Shown here one piece after another: positions 53,759 through 55,065 of a DNA stretch of 55,065 nt (positions are counted from its first letter, which is position 1; each line of letters starts with the position of its first letter). The stretch is from the IMG/VR virus record IMGVR_UViG_3300031957_000171, positions 1 to 55,065 of that record, one strand, 5' to 3'. The DNA is from a virus. Lineage: Duplodnaviria > Caudoviricetes. A program made the translations under genes and the position numbers. The notes beneath the pieces were generated by a model. That model was not told the DNA's origin and searched no databases. It was given only the letters and a program-made list of their open reading frames with translations.

Positions 53759-55065
53759 ATGGCAAGCACGTACACAACAAATCTAAGACTCACAAAGCAA
53801 GGAGATGGTGAAAACCCTAATAGCTGGGGCCAAATCCTTAATGATGGAGTTATTAGTCTTGCTGATGAAGCTATTGCTGGTTATACTACTATATCAATTG
53901 GTAGTGCAGCTACTGTTAACTTGACAGCTAACGACGGTGCTGATGATCAGTCACGGTCTGCTTTCTTAGAAATTCAGGGATCAATAGGAACTGTTGCCAC
54001 TTCTATCTTCTTGGTAATTCCTAATAAAACTAAATCATACTCTGTATTAAATAAAGTATCTGCCAATGCTACTAGTAATGTAGTTATGATGCGAGTTGCT
54101 GGTAATACAGGTGTAACACTAAGTAGGTCATCTACTTTATTTCAACATGTAGTTTGTGATGGGACTTCTGTACGTAGTGTAACTCAAGTAGATGCTGAAC
54201 TTAATACTCTAACTGTATTAGGTACTGTAACTGTTGTTGGAAATGCAGTATTTGCTGGTGACATCCAAAAGAAAACAGCAGGTACATCTAACTTTGCTGC
54301 GGGTGTTAATGCTGGTAATTCAATAGAGTCAGGGGGCAACTACAATGTAGTCATTGGCGATGAAGCTGGTACGGCGCTCACAACGGGTGATAACAATGTT
54401 GCGGTGGGTTATGCTGCTCTTGATGCTAACACCACAGGAACACAGAACAATGCTTTAGGTGCTTCTGCTTTAACTGACAACACTACAGGTGACTACAACA
54501 ACGCAATGGGTGTAAGTGCTTTAGGCGACAACACTACTGGTGATAATAATACTGCGGTTGGTCACGATGCTTTAAGATTAAACACCACAGCTGATAATAA
54601 CACAGCAATAGGCTATACCGCACTAGATGCAAATACCACTGGTGCTAGTAACGTAGCCCTTGGCAGAAATGCACTTGGTGCTAACACGACTGCTAGTAAC
54701 AACACAGCACTCGGACATAATTCCCTTCTTCTCAACACCACTGGGGCTAGTAACGTAGCAGTCGGCGCTTCTGCTCTTGATGCAAGTACAACTGGAGATA
54801 GTAACGTAGCTGTTGGTAATAATGCACTTGGTGCTAACACTACTGCTAATAACAACACAGCAGTCGGAAATAGTGCCCTTCTTCTCAACACCACAGGAAC
54901 ACAGAACAATGCTTTAGGTGCTTCTGCTTTAACTGACAACACTACAGGTGACTACAACAACGCAATGGGTGTAAGTGCTTTAGGCGACAACACTACTGGT
55001 GATAATAATACTGCGGTTGGTCACGATGCTTTAAGATTAAACACCACAGCTGATAATAACACAGC
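53759..55065 (+). CDS. Tail fibre 2, N-terminal part (runs off the window end; continues at 91-814)
   Basis: AGGAG RBS; MASTYTTNLRL..QG.GEN..SWG anchor domain, then NTxG repeats; no stop before 55065. Confidence 0.85.
   Translation, partial: MASTYTTNLRLTKQGDGENPNSWGQILNDGVISLADEAIAGYTTISIGSAATVNLTANDGADDQSRSAFLEIQGSIGTVATSIFLVIPNKTKSYSVLNKVSANATSNVVMMRVAGNTGVTLSRSSTLFQHVVCDGTSVRSVTQVDAELNTLTVLGTVTVVGNAVFAGDIQKKTAGTSNFAAGVNAGNSIESGGNYNVVIGDEAGTALTTGDNNVAVGYAALDANTTGTQNNALGASALTDNTTGDYNNAMGVSALGDNTTGDNNTAVGHDALRLNTTADNNTAIGYTALDANTTGASNVALGRNALGANTTASNNTALGHNSLLLNTTGASNVAVGASALDASTTGDSNVAVGNNALGANTTANNNTAVGNSALLLNTTGTQNNALGASALTDNTTGDYNNAMGVSALGDNTTGDNNTAVGHDALRLNTTADNNT
54428..55065 (+). repeat. 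Exact 179-nt direct repeats (54428-54606, 54887-55065); 149 nt also at 146-294
   Basis: Identity read by eye. Confidence 0.85.

Noticed and set aside
52049-55065. Diversity-generating retroelement (TR/VR pair) in the tail fibres
   Set aside because: No reverse transcriptase ORF; differences between copies are mostly synonymous and not adenine-specific, or the copies are identical.
1-55065. tRNA genes, integrase, phage RNA polymerase, introns/inteins
   Set aside because: No cloverleaf or recognisable motifs by eye; polA, nrdA, nrdB and terL are uninterrupted. tRNAscan-SE and HMM searches would confirm.

Overview
The window looks like a near-complete, circularly permuted ~55 kb lytic podovirus genome, probably marine. 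Bases 1-90 equal bases 54976-55065, but this overlap lies inside an internal repeat, so circularity is not proven. The genome has two arms. The + arm (34604 to 55065, continuing 1 to 12586) holds terminase large subunit, portal, GroES, scaffold, major capsid, adaptors, two S74-chaperone tail fibres, nozzle, ejection proteins and an M15 endolysin. The - arm (about 34000 down to 12701) holds small early genes, T7-like primase-helicase, PolA, SSB, nucleases, class I RNR, a glycosyl/methyltransferase cassette, holin and terminase small subunit. I found no RNA polymerase, integrase, tRNA or CRISPR. A GcrA-like gene and a GTA-type holin suggest an alphaproteobacterial host (inference). The most notable items are: (1) an RTX-toxin-activating (HlyC-type) acyltransferase coupled to a Gly/Thr-rich ORF between terminase and portal; (2) a three-gene glycan-building cassette that appears co-transcribed with holin/terS; (3) six covarying hairpins with tandem G.A caps in the early region; (4) a recurrent basic/Met-x-x-GG motif across putative internal virion proteins; (5) visible scars of tail-fibre module exchange. 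All protein family calls come from motif recognition by eye, not database searches.
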